Shown: positions 9,706-19,261, counted from the stretch's first letter. The stretch is DNA of 64,000 bases from Candidatus Adlerbacteria bacterium (GCA_026397405.1 JAPLUW010000001.1:43138-107137); one strand, 5' to 3'. Notes: generated by a model from the sequence alone, not told the origin. Numbers and translations: made by a program.

Positions 9706-12693
9706 ATGTCGAGGTTTGTCCATCTCCATGCCCATTCGCACTACTCGCTGCTTGGCGCACTACCTAAGTTGCCCGAATTGGTTGCGGCTGCAAAAGCACA
9801 AGGCTGCGAGGCACTTGCATTGACCGACTTGGGCAACATGTACGGCGCAATTGAGTTTATAAAAGAGTGTAAAGATGCAGGGATAAAACCAATTGTCGGC
9901 GTGGATTTAGCCCTTGCAACCGGTGGGAGGCTTGTCTTGCTTGCAGAAAATAACGAAGGCTACAAAAATTTGCTCGCGCTTGTTACCGATTCGTACTTTA
10001 CAGAAAACGCCAGCACGGTAGCTGTCACCCACGACATGCTGCGTGCCCGCAGCGCTGGAGTTATTGCCATTGCAACAAGCGGACAAAGTGACCCTGCACT
10101 GCGCGAAATTTTTGGGGATAAAAATTTGTATACCGATGTTGCGCTGCGCGAGATATTTTACGTACGCCCTGACGACCGCCGCGCATGGGAGACGCTGCGC
10201 AAAATTGCACACAGCGACGGAGGTGCAGAAAATGCTTACTTGGAAGAAGGCGACTTCCATTTCCCCACCGTCGCTGAAATGGAAGAAGAATTTACCGCAG
10301 AGCAATTGGCGAGGACAGTTGAAATTGCCGAGCGGTGCAATGTAGAGTTAAAACTTGGATCGTGGGTGTTCCCCGACTTCCCTATTCCTGCAGGTGCAAC
10401 CTACGACAGCGAACTCCGCCGCTTAATGGAAGAAGGGTTGGTGCGCCGCGGGCTACATGAGAGTGCTGAAGTGCGCGAGCGAATTGAATACGAATACAAA
10501 ATTATTTGCACCAAAGGATATTCGCCATACTTTTTGGTAGTGGCCGACCTGCTTAACTTTGCACGTACTAACGGGATTTTGACAACCATCCGCGGCTCGG
10601 TCGCAGGCTCTATGGTTACGTTTGCACTTGGCATCACCAACGTGAACCCACTGGAATATAAACTCCCCTTCGAGCGTTTTCTAAACCCCGAGAGGCCCAG
10701 CGCCCCCGACATCGACATGGACTACGCCGACAACCGCCGCGACGAAGTTATTGAATATGCCCGCCGGAAATATGGCGAGACTCACGTGGCACAAATAGGT
10801 ACCTTCGGCACCATGTTGGCGCGCGGCGTTGTACGTGACGTTGCGCGAGCACTTGGGTACCCCTACGGCCTGGGCGACCGTATTTCAAAAGAAATTCCTT
10901 TTGGGAGCCAAGGTTTCCCCATGACACTCGAGCGTGCACTTGCAGAAAACCCCGAACTCGCAAAAATATATAAGGAAGACGAAGATGCGAAAGAGATCAT
11001 CGACCTCGGTAAAAAACTGGAAGGCAGCGCCCGCCACATCTCTGTACACGCGGCGGGCGTCGTAATTTCGCCCCAGCCGCTTGTAGAATATTCGCCACTT
11101 CAAAAAGACCCTAAGGGCGGCAAAATAATTACCCAATACGACATGCATTCCGTGGAAGACGCGGGGCTGTTGAAATTCGACTTCCTAGGCATCCGCAACC
11201 TTGCTATCTTGGCACACGCCGTAAAGCTGGTTGAAAAAATAACCGGTACAAAAATTGATATAGAAAATATTCCTATCGACGACAAAAAAACATTCGACAT
11301 GCTTGCGCGCGGCGAGACGGAAGGTACGTTCCAGTTAAACGGTACGGGCATGACGCGTTACTTGAAAGAATTGAAGCCGTCGACCATACACGACATTAAC
11401 GCCATGGTTGCGTTGTTCCGCCCAGGACCGATGGAAACAATTCCACAATATATTGAACGCAAACATAACCGACACTTGGTGCATTACTTAGACCCACGCA
11501 TGAAAGAGTATTTGGAATTTTCCAATGGACTGCTTGTGTACCAAGACGACGTGCTCATGACCGCGATAAAACTCGGCGGCTATTCGTGGTTGCAGGCCGA
11601 CGTGCTGCGCAAAGCGATGGGTAAAAAAATTCCCGAAGTAATGAAAGCCGAAAAAGAAAAACTTATTAAGGGCTTTGTCGAATTTGGCAAACTCACTCCA
11701 GGGTTGGCAGAAAAATTGTGGTTACTTATTGAGCCCTTTGCCGCGTACGGCTTTGGCAAAGCGCATGCTGCAAGTTACGGCAAAGTTGCGTACCAAACTG
11801 CATACATGAAAGCCAACTTCCCTGCACTGTATATGGCCGCAGTGCTTACGGCAGAGTCGGGCGACTTGGATACAATTTCTGTGATGGTTGCCGAGTGTAA
11901 ACGCATGGGCGTTGCAGTATTGCCGCCCGACATTAATGAAAGTTTTGGCGACTTTACAGCGATATTAAACGAAGGCAATGGAGATGCTATCCGCTTCGGA
12001 CTCTATTCAATAAAAAACTTCGGAGCAGGCGTTGCCGATGCGATACTTGCTGAGCGGAAAGAGAACGGGCCGTTCACGTCGCTTTCGACCTTCCTTACCC
12101 GCGTTGGTAAAACAAGTTTAAATAAACGCGGACTTGAGTCGCTTATAGAATGCGGCGCACTCGACTCGCTTGGTGAGCGCGGGCAAATGCTCGCCTCGCT
12201 TGAGTTGTTGTTGCAATACCACCGCGACGCAGGAGCGGAACAATCGCAAGACTCTTTGTTTGCAGACGCAGGTGCATCGAGCGAAATAAAGCTTCCAGAC
12301 GCACCTGTCGCAACTGCCGAAACTCGCCTTGCGTGGGAAAAAGAATTGCTCGGCCTCTACATTTCCGGCCACCCGCTCGACAAATATCGCGAAAAGCTTT
12401 CCAAGCGCCCGATGACCATAGGCCAGATGAAGCAGCGCATCATGCCTGGCATGACCGCAGTTGCCGCCGGCATGATAGAAGACGTTCGCATGATACTTAC
12501 CCGCGGCGGCGACCAGATGGCGTTTATCAAACTTGCCGACTTTGACGGTTCTATTGAAGCAGTTGTATTCCCCAAAGACTACGCCACCCACAAAGACATG
12601 TTAAAACCAGAAACCTGCGTTGCCATGAAAGGTCGCGTCTCTAACCGCAACGGCGAACTTTCGATGGTTGCCGAAGCAATGAAAGCTCTGTAG
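9706..12693 (+). CDS. dnaE: DNA polymerase III alpha subunit
   Basis: PHP HLHAHSHYSLL, RGSVAGS, PDIDMD, KFDFLG, C-terminal OB fold; ATG 9706 is 6 nt after TATACT. Confidence 0.97.
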   Translation: MSRFVHLHAHSHYSLLGALPKLPELVAAAKAQGCEALALTDLGNMYGAIEFIKECKDAGIKPIVGVDLALATGGRLVLLAENNEGYKNLLALVTDSYFTENASTVAVTHDMLRARSAGVIAIATSGQSDPALREIFGDKNLYTDVALREIFYVRPDDRRAWETLRKIAHSDGGAENAYLEEGDFHFPTVAEMEEEFTAEQLARTVEIAERCNVELKLGSWVFPDFPIPAGATYDSELRRLMEEGLVRRGLHESAEVRERIEYEYKIICTKGYSPYFLVVADLLNFARTNGILTTIRGSVAGSMVTFALGITNVNPLEYKLPFERFLNPERPSAPDIDMDYADNRRDEVIEYARRKYGETHVAQIGTFGTMLARGVVRDVARALGYPYGLGDRISKEIPFGSQGFPMTLERALAENPELAKIYKEDEDAKEIIDLGKKLEGSARHISVHAAGVVISPQPLVEYSPLQKDPKGGKIITQYDMHSVEDAGLLKFDFLGIRNLAILAHAVKLVEKITGTKIDIENIPIDDKKTFDMLARGETEGTFQLNGTGMTRYLKELKPSTIHDINAMVALFRPGPMETIPQYIERKHNRHLVHYLDPRMKEYLEFSNGLLVYQDDVLMTAIKLGGYSWLQADVLRKAMGKKIPEVMKAEKEKLIKGFVEFGKLTPGLAEKLWLLIEPFAAYGFGKAHAASYGKVAYQTAYMKANFPALYMAAVLTAESGDLDTISVMVAECKRMGVAVLPPDINESFGDFTAILNEGNGDAIRFGLYSIKNFGAGVADAILAERKENGPFTSLSTFLTRVGKTSLNKRGLESLIECGALDSLGERGQMLASLELLLQYHRDAGAEQSQDSLFADAGASSEIKLPDAPVATAETRLAWEKELLGLYISGHPLDKYREKLSKRPMTIGQMKQRIMPGMTAVAAGMIEDVRMILTRGGDQMAFIKLADFDGSIEAVVFPKDYATHKDMLKPETCVAMKGRVSNRNGELSMVAEAMKAL

Positions 12694-12703
12694 TATATAC
12701 GTA

Positions 12704-12863
12704 TCGGAAATTGTTTCGGCTACCAACCGGAATCCCTCGGGGAGCAGTAATGCCTAATCTGAACCAGAGTGCCCCATCCGGGGAAACTAGGTGGAACCGC
12801 GGTCACAGTAAGATCGTCCTAGTGAGCACACGAGAAATCGTGTCTTCACTAGGGCGTTTTTTT
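12704..12863 (+). ncRNA. T-box riboswitch (Thr, ACC specifier) leader of thrS, with ultrashort Stem I and intrinsic terminator
   Basis: T-box AACTAGGTGGAACCGCG (12785-12801) pairing with TCGTCCTAG (12814-12822); terminator CGTCCTAGTGA...TCACTAGGGCG-TTTTTTT; hairpin TTTCGG-CTACCAA-CCGGAA with ACC in the loop. Confidence 0.85.
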
Positions 12864-12891
12864 GTTTACTTACAAATTTATTGAATTATTT

Positions 12892-14634
12892 ATGTCTACT
12901 ATTGAAGAAAAACGACACACGCTCGCCCACCTTCTGGCCGCCGCAGTTCGCGAACTGTACAGCGGTGCACAAAATGCTATAGGCCCTGCAGTTGAGAACG
13001 GTTTTTATCAAGACTTTGACCTAGGCTCGCACAAAGCCACCGACGAAGACTTGGCAAAAATTGAAGCCAAGATGCGCGAGATGCTTCCGAACTGGCACGC
13101 TTTTGAACGACGCGAAGTTTCTAAAGACGAAGCACTTAAAGAATTTGGATGGAACCCGTACAAGTGCGAACTTATTAACGAGTTTTCCGACAGCGAAACG
13201 CAGCTTACCTTTTACACTGTCGGCGGCTTTCTAGACCTCTGCCGTGGTGGACATGCAGAAAACCCTGCAGCAGATATTGCTCCAGACTCGTTTAAACTCG
13301 AACGTATTGCAGGCGCATATTGGCGCGGAGACGAAAAAAATAAAATGCTTACCCGCATCTATGGGTTAGCCTTTGACTCGAAGGCAGAGCTTGATGCATA
13401 CCTCGCACAAATTGAAGAAGCAAAAAAACGCGACCACAAAAAGCTCGGACCCGAACTCGACCTGTTTGTCTTTTCTGACCTTGTGGGTCCTGGCCTTCCG
13501 TTGTTTACACCAAAAGGCACACTTGTACGCAACTTACTCGATGAGTTTGTATGGGAATTGCGCAAACCCCGTGGATATCAAAAAGTAGAAATCCCACATA
13601 TTACAAAAAAAGACCTGTACGAAAAGTCCGGGCACTGGGATAAGTTTAAAGACGAGCTCTTCCGTATAACAACACGCGAAGGTCACGAGTTTGCAATGAA
13701 GCCGATGAACTGCCCACACCACACGCAAATTTATGCGCGCAAACAGTGGAGCTACCGCGAATTGCCGCAGCGATATTCAAACACTACAACCTGTTACCGC
13801 GACGAACAGTCCGGCGAACTCTCTGGCCTTTCGCGCGTCCGTGCATTCTGGCAGGACGACGCACACGTCTTTTGCCGCCTCGGAGATGTGAAAAGTGAAT
13901 TCTTAAAAGTATGGGATATCATCCATGCATTTTACCCAACCTTTGGTTTCGAATTGAAGGTCCGTCTTTCGACCCACGACCCAGAACACATGGAAAATTA
14001 TTTGGGCAGTATCGAAACCTGGGAAAAATCGGTTGGGATGCTCAAAGAAATAATTGCCGACAAAGGTATCGAAGCAATGGACGGCGTTGGAGAAGCCGCA
14101 TTCTACGGACCCAAGTTGGACTTTATGGCGCACGACTCTATTGGCCGCCAATGGCAAGTTGCAACAATTCAGCTCGACATGCTCCAGCCTGAACGCTTTG
14201 ACCTTACCTGCATCAACGAACAAGGCCAAAAGGAACGCATCGTGATGATCCATGCGGCTATCATGGGTTCGCTCGAGCGCTTTATGTCTATTCTTATTGA
14301 ACATACTGCAGGAGCATTCCCGTTGTGGCTGGCACCTGTACAAGTATCTGTGTTGCCGGTTGGCGAAGCTCACCAGGCATACGCACAAGAAATTTTGAAC
14401 GAACTGGAAAGCAAAGGTGTCCGTGCAGAAATGCTTGCAAGTGATTCTTTAGGCAAGCGCATCCGCGAAACAAAGATGCAAAAAGTTCCTTGCTTTATTG
14501 TCGTTGGCGACAAAGAAGTTGCAGACAAAACGGTTACTGTTGAAAACAATCGTGCTGGTGACAAACAAACTGTGCCGCTCGCTGAGTTTATTACCCCGAT
14601 GCTCGAACATATTCGCACACGCGCAAATATGTAA
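12892..14634 (+). CDS. thrS: Threonyl-tRNA synthetase
   Basis: RHTLAHLLA, DLCRGGH, GAYWRG, KPMNCP, AFYGPKLD, GSLERF. Confidence 0.98.
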   Translation: MSTIEEKRHTLAHLLAAAVRELYSGAQNAIGPAVENGFYQDFDLGSHKATDEDLAKIEAKMREMLPNWHAFERREVSKDEALKEFGWNPYKCELINEFSDSETQLTFYTVGGFLDLCRGGHAENPAADIAPDSFKLERIAGAYWRGDEKNKMLTRIYGLAFDSKAELDAYLAQIEEAKKRDHKKLGPELDLFVFSDLVGPGLPLFTPKGTLVRNLLDEFVWELRKPRGYQKVEIPHITKKDLYEKSGHWDKFKDELFRITTREGHEFAMKPMNCPHHTQIYARKQWSYRELPQRYSNTTTCYRDEQSGELSGLSRVRAFWQDDAHVFCRLGDVKSEFLKVWDIIHAFYPTFGFELKVRLSTHDPEHMENYLGSIETWEKSVGMLKEIIADKGIEAMDGVGEAAFYGPKLDFMAHDSIGRQWQVATIQLDMLQPERFDLTCINEQGQKERIVMIHAAIMGSLERFMSILIEHTAGAFPLWLAPVQVSVLPVGEAHQAYAQEILNELESKGVRAEMLASDSLGKRIRETKMQKVPCFIVVGDKEVADKTVTVENNRAGDKQTVPLAEFITPMLEHIRTRANM

Positions 14635-14673
14635 AAACAAAAACTCCCCGGAAATCCGGGGAGTTTTTGTTTT
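14634..14673. terminator. Bidirectional intrinsic terminator
   Basis: AAAACAAAAACTCCCCGGA-AA-TCCGGGGAGTTTTTGTTTT between convergent genes. Confidence 0.9.
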
Positions 14674-14681
14674 CTAGTTTT

Positions 14682-15620
14682 TTACGAACGGAATATTTGC
14701 GAGATAAGGAAGCTGTCTTCCGTAGACGGCTCACCGAAGAGAAATACTTTAAATTTATTAGCAAATGAATTTTGCACGCGCTTTACAAACATCAAGTATC
14801 CGGCAAAGACTGCCCACAGTGCCAAGAACAACCAGTACGCTACTTCGGCAGCAGTACCAAGGTCGAGGCCCGTGTACGGTACGGCAGAAAGGGTGACGTA
14901 TGGGTTGCTAATTTGTGCTTGTGCGTAGTAGGCAGATGCGTATCCATAGTTATAGTTGTACGCAAACGTGCTGCTGCCTCCCCCGCCTCCGCCCCCACCA
15001 CCTGGCGGCACGACGCAGTTCGGGTATACGCCTGTGCTGCCCGGTGGGCATACGCCCGGCGGAGTTGTACAGTTTGGGTAGGTCCCTGTTGTTCCCGGAG
15101 GGCAGACACCTGGTGGGGTCGTACAGTTTGGATACGTACCGGAAGTTCCGTTTGGACACACAGGCCCTGGCGGAACGACAGGAGGTGTCCCGCCGCCACC
15201 AGTGTCACCTTGAGTAGGCGAGGGAGAAGCTTCAGCAACTGCAACGGTAGGAGTATCAACTGTAGGTGTATCGACAGAAGGACTGTCTTCACCTTCACCT
15301 GGGCCGCAGCAACCAGCGTCATTACCCGTACCCCCCGCTCCGCCATCATCTCCAGCAGATGCGCCAGCACCCGCTCCGTCTCCAGAGCCATCCCCCGCTC
15401 CGCCGCCGCCATCACCTCCTCCGCCGTCTCCACCACCATCGCCACCTCCTCCGTCTCCGTCGGCATGTGCAATATGCGAGTCAAATATTGAAATTGTGTT
15501 GCTGTGGTTACCCGTCGATACAGAAACAGCCGAAAGCAAAAACAAGGTGCCAAGCACCAAACTGCCGCTAAGACGGAGTATGAGTCGGATATTCTGTTTT
15601 TTGTCGAGCCAGGTAAACAT
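14682..15620 (-). CDS. Secreted Gly/Asp-rich, Cys-Pro-repeat protein with VPYTG sortase-type sorting signal
   Basis: N-terminal signal, poly-Gly/Asp tract, three 18-aa CP..G..G.YPNC repeats, NPYVTLSAVPYTG + TM + KR tail. Confidence 0.8.
   Translation of the reverse strand: MFTWLDKKQNIRLILRLSGSLVLGTLFLLSAVSVSTGNHSNTISIFDSHIAHADGDGGGGDGGGDGGGGDGGGGAGDGSGDGAGAGASAGDDGGAGGTGNDAGCCGPGEGEDSPSVDTPTVDTPTVAVAEASPSPTQGDTGGGGTPPVVPPGPVCPNGTSGTYPNCTTPPGVCPPGTTGTYPNCTTPPGVCPPGSTGVYPNCVVPPGGGGGGGGGSSTFAYNYNYGYASAYYAQAQISNPYVTLSAVPYTGLDLGTAAEVAYWLFLALWAVFAGYLMFVKRVQNSFANKFKVFLFGEPSTEDSFLISQIFRS
15000..15161 (-). repeat. Three 54-bp coding tandem repeats (VCPxGTxGxYPNCxxPPG)
   Basis: Visible in the translation. 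Confidence 0.9.
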
Positions 15621-15684
15621 AGTAATTTTGTAATTAGATAAAGTGATTAAAGTTTTAATAATGGTTTGATGTAAAAAGTGTGGT

Positions 15685-15708
15685 CCACGGGTTTCCTTAA
15701 ACCCGTGG
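15685..15708 (-). terminator. Hairpin, probable terminator
   Basis: CCACGGGTTT-CCTT-AAACCCGTGG just after the stop at 15716. Confidence 0.6.
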
Positions 15709-15715
15709 TTGCCAC

Positions 15716-16252
15716 TTATCGCGGTTCGCGAACTCGAAGTCCTGCGGCGAACAGCTCCGGAGGAGCATGTTTGCCGTAACGCAAACGTTCGGCGACTTGC
15801 TCGTTGGAGAACGTGTAGACGTATTTACTGGCGTAAAGCACTTCACCAGTCTGCGGATCTCTTTCGACGTCGATACAGAATGCCGCAGTCCCTCCAGTAT
15901 TCAGTGCCCACTCCCAGAAACCCCGACCCACGCACATCTCATCGCCCTCGACTTTGTACGAGGTATGTAACTCATTGTTGAGATTTTCGGGATTGGGATT
16001 TCCTAAAGCATCTTCAACAACAAAAGTCACTTTCCGTTTGCCGTTCACCCGGATGGGCATACAGACCAACGGACCGTTGTAGTTGATAGCCGGACGCCCC
16101 TCACGCATGTGCATGATGCACGCTGCCGTGTTGACGTAGACCTGCAAGTTGCAGTCCACACCTTGGGCAACTGCCGGGGTTACCGACAGTGCAACAGGCA
16201 TTGCCAGACCAAGAAGGCCCGCCAATGTAGTCAGAAATCTCGGATACTTCAC
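15716..16252 (-). CDS. Secreted hypothetical protein
   Basis: Signal peptide (AVA|Q), several Cys; SD AAGGAG before GTG. Confidence 0.75.
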   Translation of the reverse strand: MKYPRFLTTLAGLLGLAMPVALSVTPAVAQGVDCNLQVYVNTAACIMHMREGRPAINYNGPLVCMPIRVNGKRKVTFVVEDALGNPNPENLNNELHTSYKVEGDEMCVGRGFWEWALNTGGTAAFCIDVERDPQTGEVLYASKYVYTFSNEQVAERLRYGKHAPPELFAAGLRVREPR

Positions 16253-16426
16253 GAGTCGTCTCCTTAGGTTGTTGTTGGAACTTAAAAAGTCTCGTCCTGC
16301 AATGTTTTAGACATTGCGAGAGCATCTCTGCAAACCTCTTTCGAGATTTCCAATACATGCGCTCACAAAAAACTAAGCCCTGCTGGTGCAGAGTACCTCT
16401 TCATGAATGAATTTTTTATGAACAGC

Positions 16427-17080
16427 CTATTGTCCGGCTACAGCGTATGCCCCTACAAAGTCGGCCGTGACAATAAAACGGTTGCTCTTTGACGCGAACG
16501 AGTCGCACGTTACCAAGGTCAAATGTTTGCCTGTGGTCTTAAGCTCGATACTGTCCTGTGTTGCGTTGGCAACTTTTACCTGCACTACGCTGTAGCGATA
16601 TTCCATACCGGCAGAATAAACACTCACAAACTCACCTGGCTTCAAGTTTTGAATACCGTCAAAGGCTTTGTATGCCTGGTTGTGGACAATAGGCAGGTAA
16701 CTGCTGTGCCCAAACAACAACACGGTACCTTCGCTCCCGAGCAACGCGCTGCTTGGGTAGCGCACCGCACCTGTCAGCAACGCGTCGTCGAGCACCTTCA
16801 AGTCTGTTGACCCGGGGTTTTTGATAGACACATCGAGCCCAATGTTTTTTATGACAATGCGCACGGGGGCTTCGGGTGTACTGGTTGCTACACCTGCAAC
16901 AACAGCGGTGTTGTTTGTAATAGCCGGCTCGCTGGTAACCAGCGGGTGCAATGGTTCAGGCACTGCGTCGACACTTTTTAGGAAAAGCACGGTGAGCAAA
17001 AACATGCCGAGAAACATAGCAACAAACGCGCCACGGCGTTCGCCTATCTCACCTACAATGCCTTTGTTTGTTTTTTCCAT
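16427..17080 (-). CDS. Sortase (peptidase C60 family)
   Basis: N-terminal TM anchor; catalytic His (LFGHSS), LTLVTC, downstream Arg (NRFIV). Confidence 0.9.
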   Translation of the reverse strand: MEKTNKGIVGEIGERRGAFVAMFLGMFLLTVLFLKSVDAVPEPLHPLVTSEPAITNNTAVVAGVATSTPEAPVRIVIKNIGLDVSIKNPGSTDLKVLDDALLTGAVRYPSSALLGSEGTVLLFGHSSYLPIVHNQAYKAFDGIQNLKPGEFVSVYSAGMEYRYSVVQVKVANATQDSIELKTTGKHLTLVTCDSFASKSNRFIVTADFVGAYAVAGQ

Positions 17081-17097
17081 ATCTAACGTCTGGCTGC

Positions 17098-17126
17098 AAC
17101 GTACCCTTTATTGGGCTACTTGTCAA
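17098..17126 (-). promoter_or_regulatory. Sigma70-type promoter for the sortase
   Basis: TTGACA-17 nt-TACGTT on the minus strand. Confidence 0.6.
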
Positions 17127-17162
17127 GACTCCCCCACCTCACGCGCAAAACGCGCGTAGTGT

Positions 17163-18308
17163 TTACGCGCGGGCGCGGCCCTGAATTTGCGAGAGTATAA
17201 ACGAGTCGACGGTGTCGAGAGCTTCACCAGTTGCAACTACCGCATGTACCGGGTGTACTTCAGGAGCATGGCTGTGTTGCGCAGGTGCTGCGTGGGTAGT
17301 GTGTGCAGCTGTAGCTTTGCCACCAAAGAGCGCAACAACACGGCGAGCAACTATGTTTTGTACGCGCTTAACAACAACTAAGTATGCGGCGAGCAAACAC
17401 CACACTATAAGGAAGCTCCAGTATGCAACCGTTCCCCAAAAACCAAGTTCAAGGCCGGTGTATGGAAGACTCGAAAGAGTTACGTATGGGTTGTTGGAAG
17501 TTACTGCAACTGGGTAGGTGCTTACATATGTCGGAGTTGTGTAGCTTGGGTAAACAGTAGTACCAGTGTAGGCAACTGTCGGCGACGGAGTAACAATGCT
17601 GTTGCAGCTGTTGGTTACGCAGTTACCAGTAATGTTTGTGGTAGGAGTCGTCGGTGGATAGTAGATGCTGCCGTAGGTATAGCCAGGTGACGAGTAGCTG
17701 TAACCTGGGTAGTACGAACTACCGTAACTGTAGCCACCATAGTTGTATCCACCAAGGCTGTAGTTTGCAAGGTTGAAGCCATAGACTCCTGTAACATATC
17801 CGTCTGATGTGTAGATTGTGGCAGAATTTGGAGTAATAGTTCCGTAACCGTTTGGTGTTATTGTCCCATAATTGTTTAAAGCAATAGCATCGGCACCATT
17901 CGGGGTAATCGTTCCGTAGTTGTCATTAGCAACAATGGTCCCGTACCCAGCATTTGGAGTGATGGTCCCATAATTACTATTTTGAGTTATTGTGCCGTAG
18001 TTATCGTTTGACGTAATAGTTCCGTAACCATTATTTACTGTTATTGTCCCATAGTTGTCATTAGCACTTACTGTACCAAAACCAGTGTTTGGAGTAATAG
18101 TGCCGTAACCACTATTTGAAGTTATTGAACCGTAATTTTGAGAAATACTTCCATAGTTATCGTTCGAAGTAATTGTTCCGTAATTACCTTCATCAGCATC
18201 CTGCGCGTATGCAACAGGTGCAGTTGTAAAAAGTACCACGAGGCCGAGCATTGCAAAGATACCGAAAGAAACCGGGCGTACTGCTGAAATATGTTTGAGT
18301 GTATTCAT
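17163..18308 (-). CDS. Secreted (N/G)YGTIT-repeat protein with LPYTG sortase sorting signal
   Basis: Signal peptide AYA|Q, 13 short repeats, Tyr/Ser/Thr-rich linker, NPYVTLSSLPYTG + TM + KR tail. Confidence 0.85.
   Translation of the reverse strand: MNTLKHISAVRPVSFGIFAMLGLVVLFTTAPVAYAQDADEGNYGTITSNDNYGSISQNYGSITSNSGYGTITPNTGFGTVSANDNYGTITVNNGYGTITSNDNYGTITQNSNYGTITPNAGYGTIVANDNYGTITPNGADAIALNNYGTITPNGYGTITPNSATIYTSDGYVTGVYGFNLANYSLGGYNYGGYSYGSSYYPGYSYSSPGYTYGSIYYPPTTPTTNITGNCVTNSCNSIVTPSPTVAYTGTTVYPSYTTPTYVSTYPVAVTSNNPYVTLSSLPYTGLELGFWGTVAYWSFLIVWCLLAAYLVVVKRVQNIVARRVVALFGGKATAAHTTHAAPAQHSHAPEVHPVHAVVATGEALDTVDSFILSQIQGRARA
17823..18185 (-). repeat. 13 copies of a ~9-aa (N/G)(Y/F)G(T/S)(I/V)(T/S/V)xN coding repeat
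   Basis: Visible in the translation; nucleotides diverged at third positions. Confidence 0.9.
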
Positions 18309-18457
18309 ATGGTTCTTTTTATTGCTAATGCTTGGACCTTGTGCAGGTCATGACATCCACGAAATAAATTCGTGGAGGCTAGATTTGCACAAAACAATGT
18401 ACTAATTTCCCATGGAGCGAGTGCCAAGTTGGCACTCGCTCCCGGACACCGATGACG

Positions 18458-19261
18458 TTAGTCTTCGGTGTAGCTCTTGGGAGCGTAGAGATGCCCCGAA
18501 TTGTCTCCGATGACAACGCCATCGACGACGTAGAGCTTCTGGCCGGTGCATTCGTAGAGAATGGGACCGACCGGGGCGAAGGAGTAGACCTTCTCACCCG
18601 ACGCCTTCGTCCGAGCGTAGACACCAACCCGGCGCTTGCCCTTCACGAGAGCAACGGCGCACTCGGTCAGAGCGCTCTCGAAGATCTTCTGGGCGGTGAC
18701 AGTCACCCCAGAAGTTGCAGTGATCGCCGCGGTCACGTCTTCGACCGGAGCGTTCAGCACATCGCTCTTCGAGCCCGTCTTGAACGCATCGGCCAGAACA
18801 GCGGGCGAAACGCCGGGCGTAAAGACACGTCCGACGCCACCACCGGTCGAGACCGGCGCCGGAGCCTGTGCAACCTGCACAGGCGGAGCCGCGTGCGGAG
18901 CACCGTGAGGTGCACCAACCGGACGACGATCTTCCGGCTGGCCCTGAATGACTCCAGAGCGAGCCAGGTCACGGCGGTCGATGACCACCATGTTAGGATC
19001 CGCGACATGCGGAGTCTCGGCCCGGCGATCCGGCTGCCGGGACTGCACACCCGGCGGCGTGCCACGCGTATGCGTGGCCGTCCCGGGCTGGTTGTCGAAG
19101 GGGCAGAACGCCCCCACGGCAACCGGCTGCGAGCACTGGCAGGTAGCCTGCCCGACCTGGGCGTTCACGCGCACCCCCTGAAGGGTGCACTGGTAGCCCT
19201 GCGCCGAAGCGGAGAAGCCGACGAAGCCCAGGACAGTAGCGAGAGCGATTGACTTGATCAT
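18458..19261 (-). CDS. Secreted hypothetical protein, high GC, Cys-containing N-terminus
   Basis: Signal peptide ASA|Q, SD AAAGGAG, strong G/C third-position bias. Confidence 0.8.
   Translation of the reverse strand: MIKSIALATVLGFVGFSASAQGYQCTLQGVRVNAQVGQATCQCSQPVAVGAFCPFDNQPGTATHTRGTPPGVQSRQPDRRAETPHVADPNMVVIDRRDLARSGVIQGQPEDRRPVGAPHGAPHAAPPVQVAQAPAPVSTGGGVGRVFTPGVSPAVLADAFKTGSKSDVLNAPVEDVTAAITATSGVTVTAQKIFESALTECAVALVKGKRRVGVYARTKASGEKVYSFAPVGPILYECTGQKLYVVDGVVIGDNSGHLYAPKSYTED

Noticed and set aside
17823-18185. CRISPR array
   Set aside because: The repeats are conserved as amino acids with variable third positions, lack unique spacers, and no cas genes are present.
18452-19252. 266-aa plus-strand ORF
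   Set aside because: Antisense shadow of a high-GC gene that has a promoter, SD and signal peptide on the minus strand.
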